This document shows, piece by piece, positions 37,709-48,400 of a DNA stretch of 63,394 nucleotides; position 1 is the first letter of the stretch; each line of letters starts with the position of its first letter. The position numbers and the translations under genes were made by a program. The notes under the pieces are model-generated. The model was not told the DNA's origin, made no database searches, and saw only the letters and a program-made list of their open reading frames with translations. This DNA is from a virus (Duplodnaviria > Caudoviricetes), in the IMG/VR virus record IMGVR_UViG_3300030060_002858, positions 1-63,394 of that record. One strand, 5' to 3'.

Positions 37709-37842
37709 TGGCACATAAATTTAAGTGCGCGTGCGGAACTACAACTAGGATGGAGGGAAAGGAAGCAAAAGCGGTAGGGAAACATAATAACTACAAGCTA
37801 TCTCCTAAGTATAACCCAACACCTAATAGGAAAAAGAAATGA
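37708..37842 (+). CDS. small basic protein (44 aa)
   Basis: AAGGAG RBS; TAATG coupling; ATGA overlap with terL. Confidence 0.55.
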   Translation: MAHKFKCACGTTTRMEGKEAKAVGKHNNYKLSPKYNPTPNRKKK

Positions 37843-39533
37843 AAGTACCCCAAGAAATGCTTGAAGATTTTAGGAATCACCTTTGGGCTTGTTTCAAGTA
37901 CCTAGGAATTGGTGAGCCTACTCCTGCCCAATACGCAATGGCAGAAGCTCTTCAGCATTTTGGTACAGACATGCAGCTTCAGGCTGGTAGAGGGTTTGGT
38001 AAGTCTGTTATTACTTCTTGCCTTGCTTCTTGGTTTCTTTTAAAAAATCCAAATACCACAATCATGGTTGTTTCTGCAACTAGTAATAAAGCAGCTGAGT
38101 TTATCTCCATGACTAGGCGAATTTTAGATCTAGTCCCTTATTGTGAGCACCTAAGACCGGGAGATCATACGTCAGATAATGCATTTGCGTTTAATGTAGA
38201 GTGTAGAACAAAAATTGGACAGGACAAATCTTGTTTTGCTAGGGGCATAACTTCTCAGCTAACAGGATCGCACGCCGATTACGTCATTGCAGATGATGTA
38301 GAAATTGAAGGCAACTGCGAAACGGCTGCTGCAAGAGACAAGCTAATGAATAAGATTAGTGAGTTTGAGCAAATTAGAAATGTAGGTGGTCGAGTCATTT
38401 TCTTAGGTACTCCTCAGATTAAAGACTCTATCTACAACCAATTAAAAGGCGGATACAAGGTAACAAAGTTCCCTGCTGTAATGCCAGCAAAAAATGAAGT
38501 CGATCTAGAAGATGTAAATGAATTTTTATTAGAGAATGGATTTGAAGAGGGCGATCCCATACAACCTGAAAGGTTTCCTATGGAACTATTAATGGAACGG
38601 CAGGCAAAAATTGGACCTAAGTTATTCGCTCTTCACTATAAGCTAGATACATCTCTTGCTGACTTCGAAAAGTTCCCTTTAAGATTGTCTGATCTAGTTG
38701 TTATCGATGTCGATCCTAACATTTGTCCAGAAAAAATTGTATGGGCTAACTCTGTTAAGATGAAAGGTATGCCTAATCATGGATTAAGTGGAGATTTTAT
38801 TTACGAACCTATGTGGGTATCTAATAATTATATAGAATACACACAAAGAGTGCTTTGCGTAGACCCCAGCGGAAGAGGAGACGACGAAACGGCTGTCTGT
38901 ATTGGATCTTTTTCTAATGGATACATCTATATTCACGAATTACTAGGGTATCCGGGAGGATATGAAACAAATATTCTAAAGAAAATAGCAAAACTTGCCA
39001 GAGAATATAGAGTTAGTCAAGTAAAGGTAGAGGCTAACTTTGGCGATGGCATGTTTACGCAATTATTAAGACCTATAATGTTTGATATATGTGGTCCAAT
39101 TGCTCTTGATGAATACAAAGTTTCAGGGCGCAAAGAAACTCGGATAATAAATTCGCTAGAACCTGTAATGTCACAGCACAGATTAGTTTTAGATCGTAGA
39201 GTTGCAGCTCAAGAAGAAAACCAAAAACAAATAACTCGAATATTTGACAAAAGGGGAGCACTTCCTCACGATGATAGGATTGATTGCCTTTCAGCTGTTG
39301 TGAACCACTGGGAAAACTTACTATCTATTGATGTCGATGAAGTTATTCAAACAAATAAACAACGAGAGTATCAGCAAATGGTGGCTAGCTGGGCTGATGA
39401 CGACAGGAGAGGTAATTTGGTTATCGGAGCTACCTCGGGAGCAGCCAGAATAGTTAGGCCTGAGCCTAAAAAACCTTACGATATGAACCGATCTAAATGG
39501 ACAGGCTACAGAAGGACGAGAAATCGTTTCTAA
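37839..39533 (+). CDS. terminase large subunit (T7 gp19-like)
   Basis: AGRGFGKS, LTGSHAD, IADDVE, LGTP, VDPSGRGDDE, EANFG and HDDRID motifs. Confidence 0.96.
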   Translation: MKVPQEMLEDFRNHLWACFKYLGIGEPTPAQYAMAEALQHFGTDMQLQAGRGFGKSVITSCLASWFLLKNPNTTIMVVSATSNKAAEFISMTRRILDLVPYCEHLRPGDHTSDNAFAFNVECRTKIGQDKSCFARGITSQLTGSHADYVIADDVEIEGNCETAAARDKLMNKISEFEQIRNVGGRVIFLGTPQIKDSIYNQLKGGYKVTKFPAVMPAKNEVDLEDVNEFLLENGFEEGDPIQPERFPMELLMERQAKIGPKLFALHYKLDTSLADFEKFPLRLSDLVVIDVDPNICPEKIVWANSVKMKGMPNHGLSGDFIYEPMWVSNNYIEYTQRVLCVDPSGRGDDETAVCIGSFSNGYIYIHELLGYPGGYETNILKKIAKLAREYRVSQVKVEANFGDGMFTQLLRPIMFDICGPIALDEYKVSGRKETRIINSLEPVMSQHRLVLDRRVAAQEENQKQITRIFDKRGALPHDDRIDCLSAVVNHWENLLSIDVDEVIQTNKQREYQQMVASWADDDRRGNLVIGATSGAARIVRPEPKKPYDMNRSKWTGYRRTRNRF

Positions 39534-39610
39534 GCCATTACATGACGTACCCTACTGGGGGTATGCTTAATCTAATAGAAAGCCTTAGACGGGCTTTGAG
39601 GAGGTGTACG

Positions 39611-40318
39611 ATGCCTTTAGTACTTGGCGGCATAGCTATAGCCGGTGCAGTAATGGGCGGAATGCAGCAATCGCAGCAAGCAGCCCAGCAAAGAGCACAA
39701 CAAGCTCATCAAGAGTTTCAACGAAAAATGGAAACTCAAAGACAAAACAGAGCTATAGCCAAACAAAACGCTCTTAGATGGCAACAAAATAAATTCATCG
39801 CAGAAGCCGCAAACAAAGCCAGAGCCGAAAGAGATTACTACCTACGGTTAAACTACAATAATGAAACCGGGGAGTTTTCTAGAAACATGTCAAGTACAAA
39901 TAGTCGTATGCTCGGTTATTTAAATGGCCGAAATATTAAAGGTCAAACCGCCAAACAACTTATGAGACAATCTTTAGAGTCTGCAAAAAGTGCTCAAGTC
40001 AACCGGAGGTTGGCTCAAGAAAATAGATTGCTTGCTTCTGAAAGACAGCAACAAAGAGATCTATCGCAAAGAGACTTTTCTTATAACGACGCTATTTCTT
40101 TTATGCCTAATCCTCCTATGCCAGATCAAACAGGGGCTATTATGGGGGCCGCAATAACACAAGGTATCTTATCTGGAGCAGCTACTGCTTATGGGGCTAG
40201 CCAACAACAGGGATTCCAAAACGATCAGGTAGCTGCTATAAATAGACAAAATGAACTAATGACCCAATCTCTTGTTAATCAAGGTCAATATGTTCCCGGA
40301 GCAGGACCAAGAATATGA
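39611..40318 (+). CDS. putative internal virion protein (gp14-like)
   Basis: GAGGAGG RBS before ATG 39611; G/A-rich hydrophobic N-terminus followed by Q/A-rich helix. Confidence 0.6.
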   Translation: MPLVLGGIAIAGAVMGGMQQSQQAAQQRAQQAHQEFQRKMETQRQNRAIAKQNALRWQQNKFIAEAANKARAERDYYLRLNYNNETGEFSRNMSSTNSRMLGYLNGRNIKGQTAKQLMRQSLESAKSAQVNRRLAQENRLLASERQQQRDLSQRDFSYNDAISFMPNPPMPDQTGAIMGAAITQGILSGAATAYGASQQQGFQNDQVAAINRQNELMTQSLVNQGQYVPGAGPRI

Positions 40319-41325
40319 GCGCAGTAAATAAACTAAAAGAAATCATTGGCAGTAACTCACAGCCCAAGATTGAGCGAGATGATTCTTATGGACAGTCTTT
40401 AATCAATCGATCTGAAAACTGGCTAGCTACCCATGAATCATACGATAGTAAAACAAAACTAGAGGCTTGGGAAACAGAATTTAAAGATTGGGGTTTTACT
40501 TCTAACAATACTGAGTACTACTGGGAAACTCTAAAATCTCTCAGTCCTTTAGAAGGTCAAAAATTTCAAGAGTTTACAACTAATGATATTAGAACTAAAA
40601 TTGACTCAATGAGTTCCTTAGAAGAAAAGGAAAACTTCTTTAGAGACAACGCATATACGTGGCCTTCGTATGTTTTAAAAGATTTAGAAGGATACTTTAC
40701 TAATATTCGAGGAGCAAACGCGGGAAAAGAATTAGAAAGAAACAGATTAAATCAAATTATTGAATTAAAATCTTTTCTAAACGGTAAAACTTTTGACTTG
40801 AATCCTAATGTAAGTATTGAAGCACATACAGAAGATATGATTAAAGCCTATGACATGGGTTATAAAGAAGAAATTATTATAGATTCTAACGGAAGGGTAG
40901 CAATCCCCCTTGACGGAAACGAGACACCTATGTATACTCTACCTAGTCCTAACTTAAGCATGGAAGAAGAGTTTATTTCTCTTAATGATTTAAGGGGGGT
41001 TGTTAAAACTAGGTTTAAACCTATGCTTGAAACTAGTAGAAAAAAACAAAATGATCTAGAAAAACAAACACAAAAAGCACTCTTATCTAGATTTAAAACG
41101 GGAGAGATTCCTCAAGAATTTAAATCCAATGTTCTTATTGACGGACTTGGGACTGAACCAAACTCAGGCCAAAGAGCAAATCAATACATTCTTGAAAGCA
41201 TGGATTATAAATTAAAAAATAATATGTACCTTTCAATAAAAGATATGTTTATCGACTACAAAGAACAACTTAAAGATTTACATAGCAAGTTATCTAGGAG
41301 GTTAGAGGATGGAAATTATTCCTGA
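40315..41325 (+). CDS. hypothetical protein (putative internal virion protein)
   Basis: Translationally coupled within the internal virion cluster. Confidence 0.55.
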   Translation: MSAVNKLKEIIGSNSQPKIERDDSYGQSLINRSENWLATHESYDSKTKLEAWETEFKDWGFTSNNTEYYWETLKSLSPLEGQKFQEFTTNDIRTKIDSMSSLEEKENFFRDNAYTWPSYVLKDLEGYFTNIRGANAGKELERNRLNQIIELKSFLNGKTFDLNPNVSIEAHTEDMIKAYDMGYKEEIIIDSNGRVAIPLDGNETPMYTLPSPNLSMEEEFISLNDLRGVVKTRFKPMLETSRKKQNDLEKQTQKALLSRFKTGEIPQEFKSNVLIDGLGTEPNSGQRANQYILESMDYKLKNNMYLSIKDMFIDYKEQLKDLHSKLSRRLEDGNYS

Positions 41326-41698
41326 TTACGATACTCAATTTCAATCAATAGAAGCCCCAGCTCCAGTTCCTGTTCAAAGGGCGACTCAAGTAACAATTGA
41401 AGGCGGTATTTCTTTTGGGCAGTATAACGCAAATAATCCCGGATTAGATGCTATGTATAACATGGTAGGTAACCTGTTAAATACAGGGGCTACTCTATAT
41501 GAAAATATGACAAACCTTGGGTTTAAAAAAGCTGCTTTTGAGGCAGAGGAAAGAAGTAGAGAATTAAAAATGCAATTAGAAGAGCAGTATATGCGAAGTC
41601 AACTTGGTTATGAGCTTTTACAAGATGGCTATGCAGATCTTTTTCAACTAGGTTCTGGTGGCTATACCGGATCTATCATGATGGGAGGGATACAATGA
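41309..41698 (+). CDS. hypothetical protein (putative internal virion protein)
   Basis: GGAGG upstream; position in the cluster. Confidence 0.5.
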   Translation: MEIIPDYDTQFQSIEAPAPVPVQRATQVTIEGGISFGQYNANNPGLDAMYNMVGNLLNTGATLYENMTNLGFKKAAFEAEERSRELKMQLEEQYMRSQLGYELLQDGYADLFQLGSGGYTGSIMMGGIQ

Positions 41699-44600
41699 CA
41701 TATTCATTTAGAACTCCAGAACAAGAACAACAATTGCAGATTGACCTTGCTAACGCTCAGGCAAGGGCTTCAGTCAACAGAAAAAATAAACAGTTGGAAG
41801 ATCGTAGAGGCTTTACTGCTAACATGGTAGAGCTTGAAAATAAAAAAACATTAAGAAAGAAGAAATTTGAAGAGGCTTTAGGAAAACCGCAAGGAAAAAG
41901 ATATAAGGATATAGAAGAGCTTTATACCTTTTTAGAATCAGAGTACACCTCCGAAGGCCCTGAAGATACTGTAGACATTGTGTCTCTAGATAATCTAAGA
42001 CCTCAATTAAATTCTACTATAAACGATTTAATTCCAACTACAGCTCCTTCTATTTTTAGTCCAACAGGTTTTAGAAGATATGAAAATGTTTCTTTTCCCG
42101 ATGCAATGTCTTTTGCAGGAGAAAACGCTAGAGCTTTAATTAGTAATCAAGCAATAGCCGAATTAGAGTTTGAAGAATTTATTTGGGAACAGGGTGTTAG
42201 TGAAAGAATTAAAAAGTTTAGATCTTGGGAAAAAACAAGTAGAGAAATTACAAGCAGTACTAAAAAAGGAAATCCCTTTGATATGAGTTTAGTTTTTGCT
42301 GATATGGTTCTTTCGTCTATTGTAGATGATCCTAGGGAGTTTACCGAAGAAGAGCTTCGAGCAGAAATTGAAACTAATCCAGTAACATATTCAGAACTAA
42401 ATTTGCTATTTAATAAAAAGATTATGGGATCTGATTTGCTTGATAGGAGTACAACCTTTAGAACAGCTAAAGATTCCACTTCAGTTTTAGCGGCTGTTGT
42501 TCTTAAAGAGTTTGCAGAAAAACAAAAAGATCAAAGACTAGAAGAAATATCATTTGGTCAACCATCAAGATCGGAAGATGTATTTGGCGGAAGAGATTAT
42601 GACCCTAAAACAGGAATGTTTTATGGAATGAATTCTTGGGTATGGTCTGGAGAAGATAACTTCTTTAAAACTTCTATTGCAGACTTTGAAAGAAGACAAG
42701 ATACCTTTAGGCGCAATATGAGTCAAGTAGCTATAGATGGAATGATTGAAGAAGAAATGTTTTTAGAAACATTAGAAACAAATTACAAAAGAGCAAAAGA
42801 ATTTATTGCAGGCACCGCAAGAAGAGTGGCAACAGTTTTTGAAGACTCCAATAAAAAACAAAAAGCAAGAGAATTAAGCAGGGTCATGCAAGGCAATTTA
42901 TTTGAAATAGCTACAGATGCAGCAACAATTAAACCCGGAGAGACTGGACCAGAAGTTCAACTTAAATTAGGAAGTATTGAAGCAACCTTTGATTTTCTAA
43001 TCGAGCAAGAAAAATCAGGAGTTCAGACCAAGGAAGAACATCCTAAAGTTTATGAGCTTTTTGAAAAAGAAGGAATACTAGCTGCCAGCGAGGAAAATCT
43101 TACCCTAATAGAAAGATTAGAACGAAGTAAAAAATTCTTTGTAGATAATGTGGTATTTAAATTTAATCGTATGATGGAAACAATGACTACTCCTGAGGGT
43201 AGATACAAAGTCACTATGATTAATCAGTTTAAAGAGTTTGTAGATCCTAGCATAAATACTTTCCAAGGTGTTATGAAAAAGGTATATACTGCAATATACG
43301 ATAGCGATCCAAACCTTAACTATTATGAAAAGATAAAAATTATGAAATTGTATTCTACAGGTCGGTCTGCTTTTAAAAAAATGTCTTCGGTTGATGAAAA
43401 CCGATCAGCAATGGAAAAACGAATATTAGAAATTACTTCACCGCCTACAGGAACTCCTCCAGCTTCTAGTGTAACACCGCTATCTGTATTTGAAAGAGCA
43501 ACTAAAGTTGAACTAGGAGATCCAGCAAGGGCAGCCGAATTTAGACTAGGAATTATTACCGACTATAAGAATAGGATGATTAAGAACTTTGTAAATAGAT
43601 CCGGAGTAACAGAAAATCAAGCGGTTGCTGCAATTAACAACGCGGTTAAAATAGACACAACTGGAGGAGTACCAACAGCTTATATAGACTACGATGCAGT
43701 ATCTCCTTTAGAGCTTCCTTCTATTGTTGAGGTTATTTTAAATGAAATGGAAACATATAATGTTGTTGGTATTCCGCCAATTTTAGCTGGTCTTGGACAA
43801 CAAGTAAGAGAAGGGCTTGCTATATTTGGTACAGAAATTGATGTTAATACTGAAGAAGGAAAAGCAGCAGCACTCAAGGGCTTTAGAACAGTTACTGCTT
43901 TACATATTCTTTTTGGAGAAAGCGGACAACTAAGAGAAGATGTTGTAAAACAAATTCTAGGAGTTAGCGATCAAAAATACAAAGGAATTAGAAACGTAAT
44001 GGCAATCATTAAATCTATTCACGGAGATACAGCCTTTGGAGATCTGTCAAACTTCTATAATCTTCAAGATGAAAACCAACAGTTAGTTACTTCTGAAAGA
44101 TTTCAAATTGAATTCCAAAGTATTGCTAGGCAAATGCTAGCAGGCTTAGCATACGCTGGTTCTGATTTTAATTTGGTAGATGGTCAAGTATCTTCAGCTA
44201 TTCAAGACCTAGCAAATGGATCTGCTTTTCTAGGACTTGGAACTGGTTTAGATGAAGAGTCTGCTTTAACAGATAGCATAAATAAAACGGTCGGCAATAC
44301 TGGTAGAACTATAAGACAAAACATTAGAAGAAAAATGCAAATGGTTTTCGGTTTGCCTGAAATGGCAACTACAGAAGAATCTGAAGAAGTTTTTAGACCC
44401 ATTGCAACTAGGCTAGGAACAATATTAGGTTTAGATGTAGCTGCTATAGAAGAAGCAAACTATGAATATATAAACGATAGCGAGTATCCTATGGAAGATT
44501 TAACATATATTTTATTTAGAGAGCTTACTTCTAACGGGCATGTGCAACAAAAGCTAGCTAACTACATGAGTGCTCGAATGTCTGTTAGGACTGCAATTCC

Positions 44601-45465
44601 TCTTAGTATTGAAGAGACTCTTGCTATGGCAGAAACTTTTGCTACTCAGTACGGAGAAATTACGCCAAGCACAGTTATGCAAACAGGAGATTCCTCTGCA
44701 AGATTAGTCTTTGCTTCAAATTCTATGGACTCAGACTTCCTTAGAAAATTAAATAATGTAGAAATTCCCTCTACAAGTTACTCGCAAAATAAAACTTCTG
44801 TTGCTATAACCGAAAAACTTAAACGATCTAAACCTAAGTATAGCTCCGCAAGTACGCTTCCTCATTTAGAAGAAACCTTCTTAATCCAAACAGACTCACA
44901 CGAAAACGGTTTTAAAATTAGAATGGCTCAGGATTGGGGAATGGATCAAGAAAGATACAATGATATTATGCAAGAAGCTATTGAGAGAGCAAAAGAAAAT
45001 AAACACGCATCTTTGCCTGATTTTCACTTTGATGTAATATACCAAGCATTAAGTTTAGCTGAAGGTCAAGAAACAGCAGTAGATATGGAGGTAAGACAGA
45101 AAAGAGGTTATTCTTATGGGGGATTGAACTTAGATATTATGGGAAGGAAATCTCTTGAAGAAAAATATACAGTAAGGGTAGCACCTGATATTGGACAGCT
45201 TGCTGGAATGGGATACGGTTCTAACTTTGCTTCTCAAGATATTAGTGTTGAAGAAACAAGAACAAGAGAGGTAGTATCTTTTCCAAAACTAATGGAAGCA
45301 TATAAAATATTTTCCCCAGATCTTTCTACCATGAGTCCTATGGGTCAAGCATCTCAATCTCACTCTGTAGGTTTCGACCTACAAGCAGGAACTTCTAGCG
45401 GAAAAAAAGCAGGTTTTAGAATTTCCTTACCTAACATCACCTTTAAAGGAGACATCATTAAATGA
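41695..45465 (+). CDS. large putative internal virion protein (1256 aa)
   Basis: GGAGG RBS; large helical protein directly before the giant gene. Confidence 0.6.
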   Translation: MTYSFRTPEQEQQLQIDLANAQARASVNRKNKQLEDRRGFTANMVELENKKTLRKKKFEEALGKPQGKRYKDIEELYTFLESEYTSEGPEDTVDIVSLDNLRPQLNSTINDLIPTTAPSIFSPTGFRRYENVSFPDAMSFAGENARALISNQAIAELEFEEFIWEQGVSERIKKFRSWEKTSREITSSTKKGNPFDMSLVFADMVLSSIVDDPREFTEEELRAEIETNPVTYSELNLLFNKKIMGSDLLDRSTTFRTAKDSTSVLAAVVLKEFAEKQKDQRLEEISFGQPSRSEDVFGGRDYDPKTGMFYGMNSWVWSGEDNFFKTSIADFERRQDTFRRNMSQVAIDGMIEEEMFLETLETNYKRAKEFIAGTARRVATVFEDSNKKQKARELSRVMQGNLFEIATDAATIKPGETGPEVQLKLGSIEATFDFLIEQEKSGVQTKEEHPKVYELFEKEGILAASEENLTLIERLERSKKFFVDNVVFKFNRMMETMTTPEGRYKVTMINQFKEFVDPSINTFQGVMKKVYTAIYDSDPNLNYYEKIKIMKLYSTGRSAFKKMSSVDENRSAMEKRILEITSPPTGTPPASSVTPLSVFERATKVELGDPARAAEFRLGIITDYKNRMIKNFVNRSGVTENQAVAAINNAVKIDTTGGVPTAYIDYDAVSPLELPSIVEVILNEMETYNVVGIPPILAGLGQQVREGLAIFGTEIDVNTEEGKAAALKGFRTVTALHILFGESGQLREDVVKQILGVSDQKYKGIRNVMAIIKSIHGDTAFGDLSNFYNLQDENQQLVTSERFQIEFQSIARQMLAGLAYAGSDFNLVDGQVSSAIQDLANGSAFLGLGTGLDEESALTDSINKTVGNTGRTIRQNIRRKMQMVFGLPEMATTEESEEVFRPIATRLGTILGLDVAAIEEANYEYINDSEYPMEDLTYILFRELTSNGHVQQKLANYMSARMSVRTAIPLSIEETLAMAETFATQYGEITPSTVMQTGDSSARLVFASNSMDSDFLRKLNNVEIPSTSYSQNKTSVAITEKLKRSKPKYSSASTLPHLEETFLIQTDSHENGFKIRMAQDWGMDQERYNDIMQEAIERAKENKHASLPDFHFDVIYQALSLAEGQETAVDMEVRQKRGYSYGGLNLDIMGRKSLEEKYTVRVAPDIGQLAGMGYGSNFASQDISVEETRTREVVSFPKLMEAYKIFSPDLSTMSPMGQASQSHSVGFDLQAGTSSGKKAGFRISLPNITFKGDIIK

Positions 45466-48400
45466 CAACTCAGGGTATTAATAAGTGGGCAACAGAACCA
45501 CTTCCTTTTTATATGGATAATCAAGAGGAGATGAGAGAATCAGTAGGGCAGTATAACGATTTTGTTCAAGGTTTAAACCCTTTAACAGACGGCGATAATG
45601 CTCTAAATGTTCCTGATCAATTAGTTGTTGACTTAAATACCCAAGAACTAGTTAGAGGTAATTACGGTATTACAGAAGCTATGGCTCTTATGTCAGCTAG
45701 AGGATACTTTGGTGGTATGTTTGAAGACAATCAATATCAACAAAAGTATTCTGCTAATATGCAGCTAGGCATGTACAGGGGTGACAAGTATAAAGAAGGG
45801 GATCTTTTAAAGTTTGGAGCAGACGAAGAAAAACTACTAAGATACTACGCTAAAAAAAGTCCTTGGAACCTTTCAAGACTTTCGGATCCTTTTATAGACG
45901 AGACATTAGATGGCGTAGAAGATATGTGGGACGCTCCTATTTTAAATAACCTTAATGATTCTCCTAATGATTTAATGGAAGCAGAAGCTCCTCCCGATTG
46001 GTCTCCCCAAGAAGCATTAAAGGTTTTGCAATTAAGAGATCCAGAAATGTATGCCGTATATGCTAATAGTTTAGGTGCTTCAAACTTAGAGCAAATTGTA
46101 GGTGAGGCTAAAAACCCATATGATTTTTTCTATACATTAACTGATACGATTCAAACAGCAGCTTTAAATACTACCATTGCAAAGTGGTACGAAGATGCTT
46201 CTAATACAGAGATTGCTTTAGAGTACGCTAGAAACTTTATTATAGAAGGAATTGTTAATGATCCAGACCTCGCAGCAAGCTTAGGAATAACAGCAGGACT
46301 TACTACTATCGGTAGTATTGCCGGTTTAAAGGCTGGTGTTATTGCAACTCTAGCCTATAAAATACCTAAAACTTTATACCAAGGTGTTAAGTATGTTAAG
46401 TTTATAAACATGATTCGCAAAGCAGCTACCACCACCATTAGGTACATGCCTGAAAATATCGGACCTACCTTGATTCAAAAAATCCCAGCCATGAAAAATT
46501 TCAGTAGAGGAGGATTTGTACAAAAGCATTTAATTGCTAATAGAATCGGTGACGCAGGAGAAGGACTTGTAACTGGTGGTTTAGCTGAAGCAGGAAACCA
46601 GTGGAGACAGTCTACTGCTGGAGTAATTGATGAGTTTTCTTATGGCGGCATTTTTAAAGAGGCACTATTTGAAGCAGCCCTATCTCCGGCAATTAACCCT
46701 GCTATTGGGGGTATTTATAGTTTAGGCGGAGGTGCAGTAAACCTTTCCTATATGGTTTCAGATAGTGTTGCTGCAAAGGTTATTGGAGAAAAAGGACACA
46801 AAGCATTTAGTAGATTTATTGATACTACCAAGAAATACCTTAATGCAGATGACGCAATAAAAAGATTAGAAAATGCACAACTATCTTTAGAGTTATCTTC
46901 TCAAGTAAATGATCTTACTTTAGAAGGAACAGAAGTAGAAATTCAAGACGATGAGGCTAAACCAGATAGACCAGATGGAATCCTTAGCATTATACTTGGT
47001 GCTATTTGGGATCAAACTGGACTAAGTAAAGGAGACTTCCTTACTACGGTAAAAGAAATACTAGCAGATTTCCAAGCAGAAGCAGCCGATCCTAGCCACC
47101 CAAGAAATAAACTAGGAGTAGATCAAGAAATTTTACTTTCAGAGATTGCACAAGAAGTTGTTAATAGAAATAGAGATGTAATTTTAGAAGCCAATGACGG
47201 AGATACTTCGTCCTTTGAAAAGATTTTGGGATGGACTCAACATCACTTAAGACTGGCTAGCGATGCTAAAAAAGAAGGAAAGACTTATAAAGAGTATACA
47301 GAAAAAATTATTGCTGATAATGAAGAGTGGAAACTTCTTGCGCCTCAAGTATTAGAAGCAGTCAAAGAAAAGATGGGCGATAAGTTTGACTCTAGTACTA
47401 CAGAAGAAAAACTAGACGTAGCCTTAGAATACATGCAAGAAACAATTCTTAAACAACAACAAGCTATTCGAGATTTAGATACATCTACTAAAGATAAAGA
47501 AGAAACAGCTGATGGTTTAGAAGAAGAACTAGAGGCAGCAGAACCTAAACCTGATCCTAAACCAGAAGACGCTCCTACTGGAGGAGAGCCAAAGGGAGAG
47601 GATGATAAACCAAAAAGAAAACCACCTCCGGGTGACGGTCCTATCGAAAGAAGAGCAGAATTAATTGAAAGATTAAAAAGAATGAAAGAAAGAGCTGAGA
47701 AGGCAAAGGCAGAAATTCAAGAAAAACTAGATAAGGGATTCAAGGGAGTAAATAGAAAAACAAAAGAAAATATTGTAGAGCTTGGTAGAAAGATTGATGA
47801 GGAGCTAGCTTTTGTTGAAGGAGAACTAGAGTCTTTCTTAGAAACTCATGGATTAGAAGACGGTGAAGTTAAAGACTCAATTCAACTTATGAAAACTTTA
47901 GAGACTGAGTTAAATGTTCTAAAAGAAACTCTTTCTAAGGATATTACTGATACAAAGGATGGTATACTATTTGGTTTTGTTCGGTTAAATAAACTAAGGG
48001 CTGCTAGAGAAAAAGCGGGTCTTCTTTTATTCAGAGATCTTAATCTAGAAAATTCTAAAAGAACAGAAGAAGGTAAGCCTGAGCTATCAAAATTACCTTG
48101 GGATAAAACACAAGAAGATACTAGAGAAGCTTGGAAAGAGCTAGCTGAACTAACAAAGGGAGATGAAAGTAAAGCAGCACAGAGAATTAGGCAGTTTGTA
48201 AATGACTTAGAAAGCGGAAAAGAAGAAGGTATTACAATGGGCGGTGTTAAAAATACTTTTACAAACTATATGAATATGCTCGGTACAGTTATGAAAAAAC
48301 ATGAGGAAAGATATAATAAGAGAGAAGATTACAAGAAACATGTGAGTCTATTTAAACAGTACAAAGCAGCTAGAAAGAACTATCAAAGGCTAATGTCTTC

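Noticed and set aside
36897-37785. Phe/Leu-rich minus-strand ORFs that look like membrane proteins
   Set aside because: They are reverse complements of the Lys-rich (AAA/AAG) + strand micro-genes.
39497-39610. N-terminal extension of the 273-aa ORF
   Set aside because: It overlaps terL and a hairpin-containing gap; the GAGGAGG RBS supports ATG 39611.
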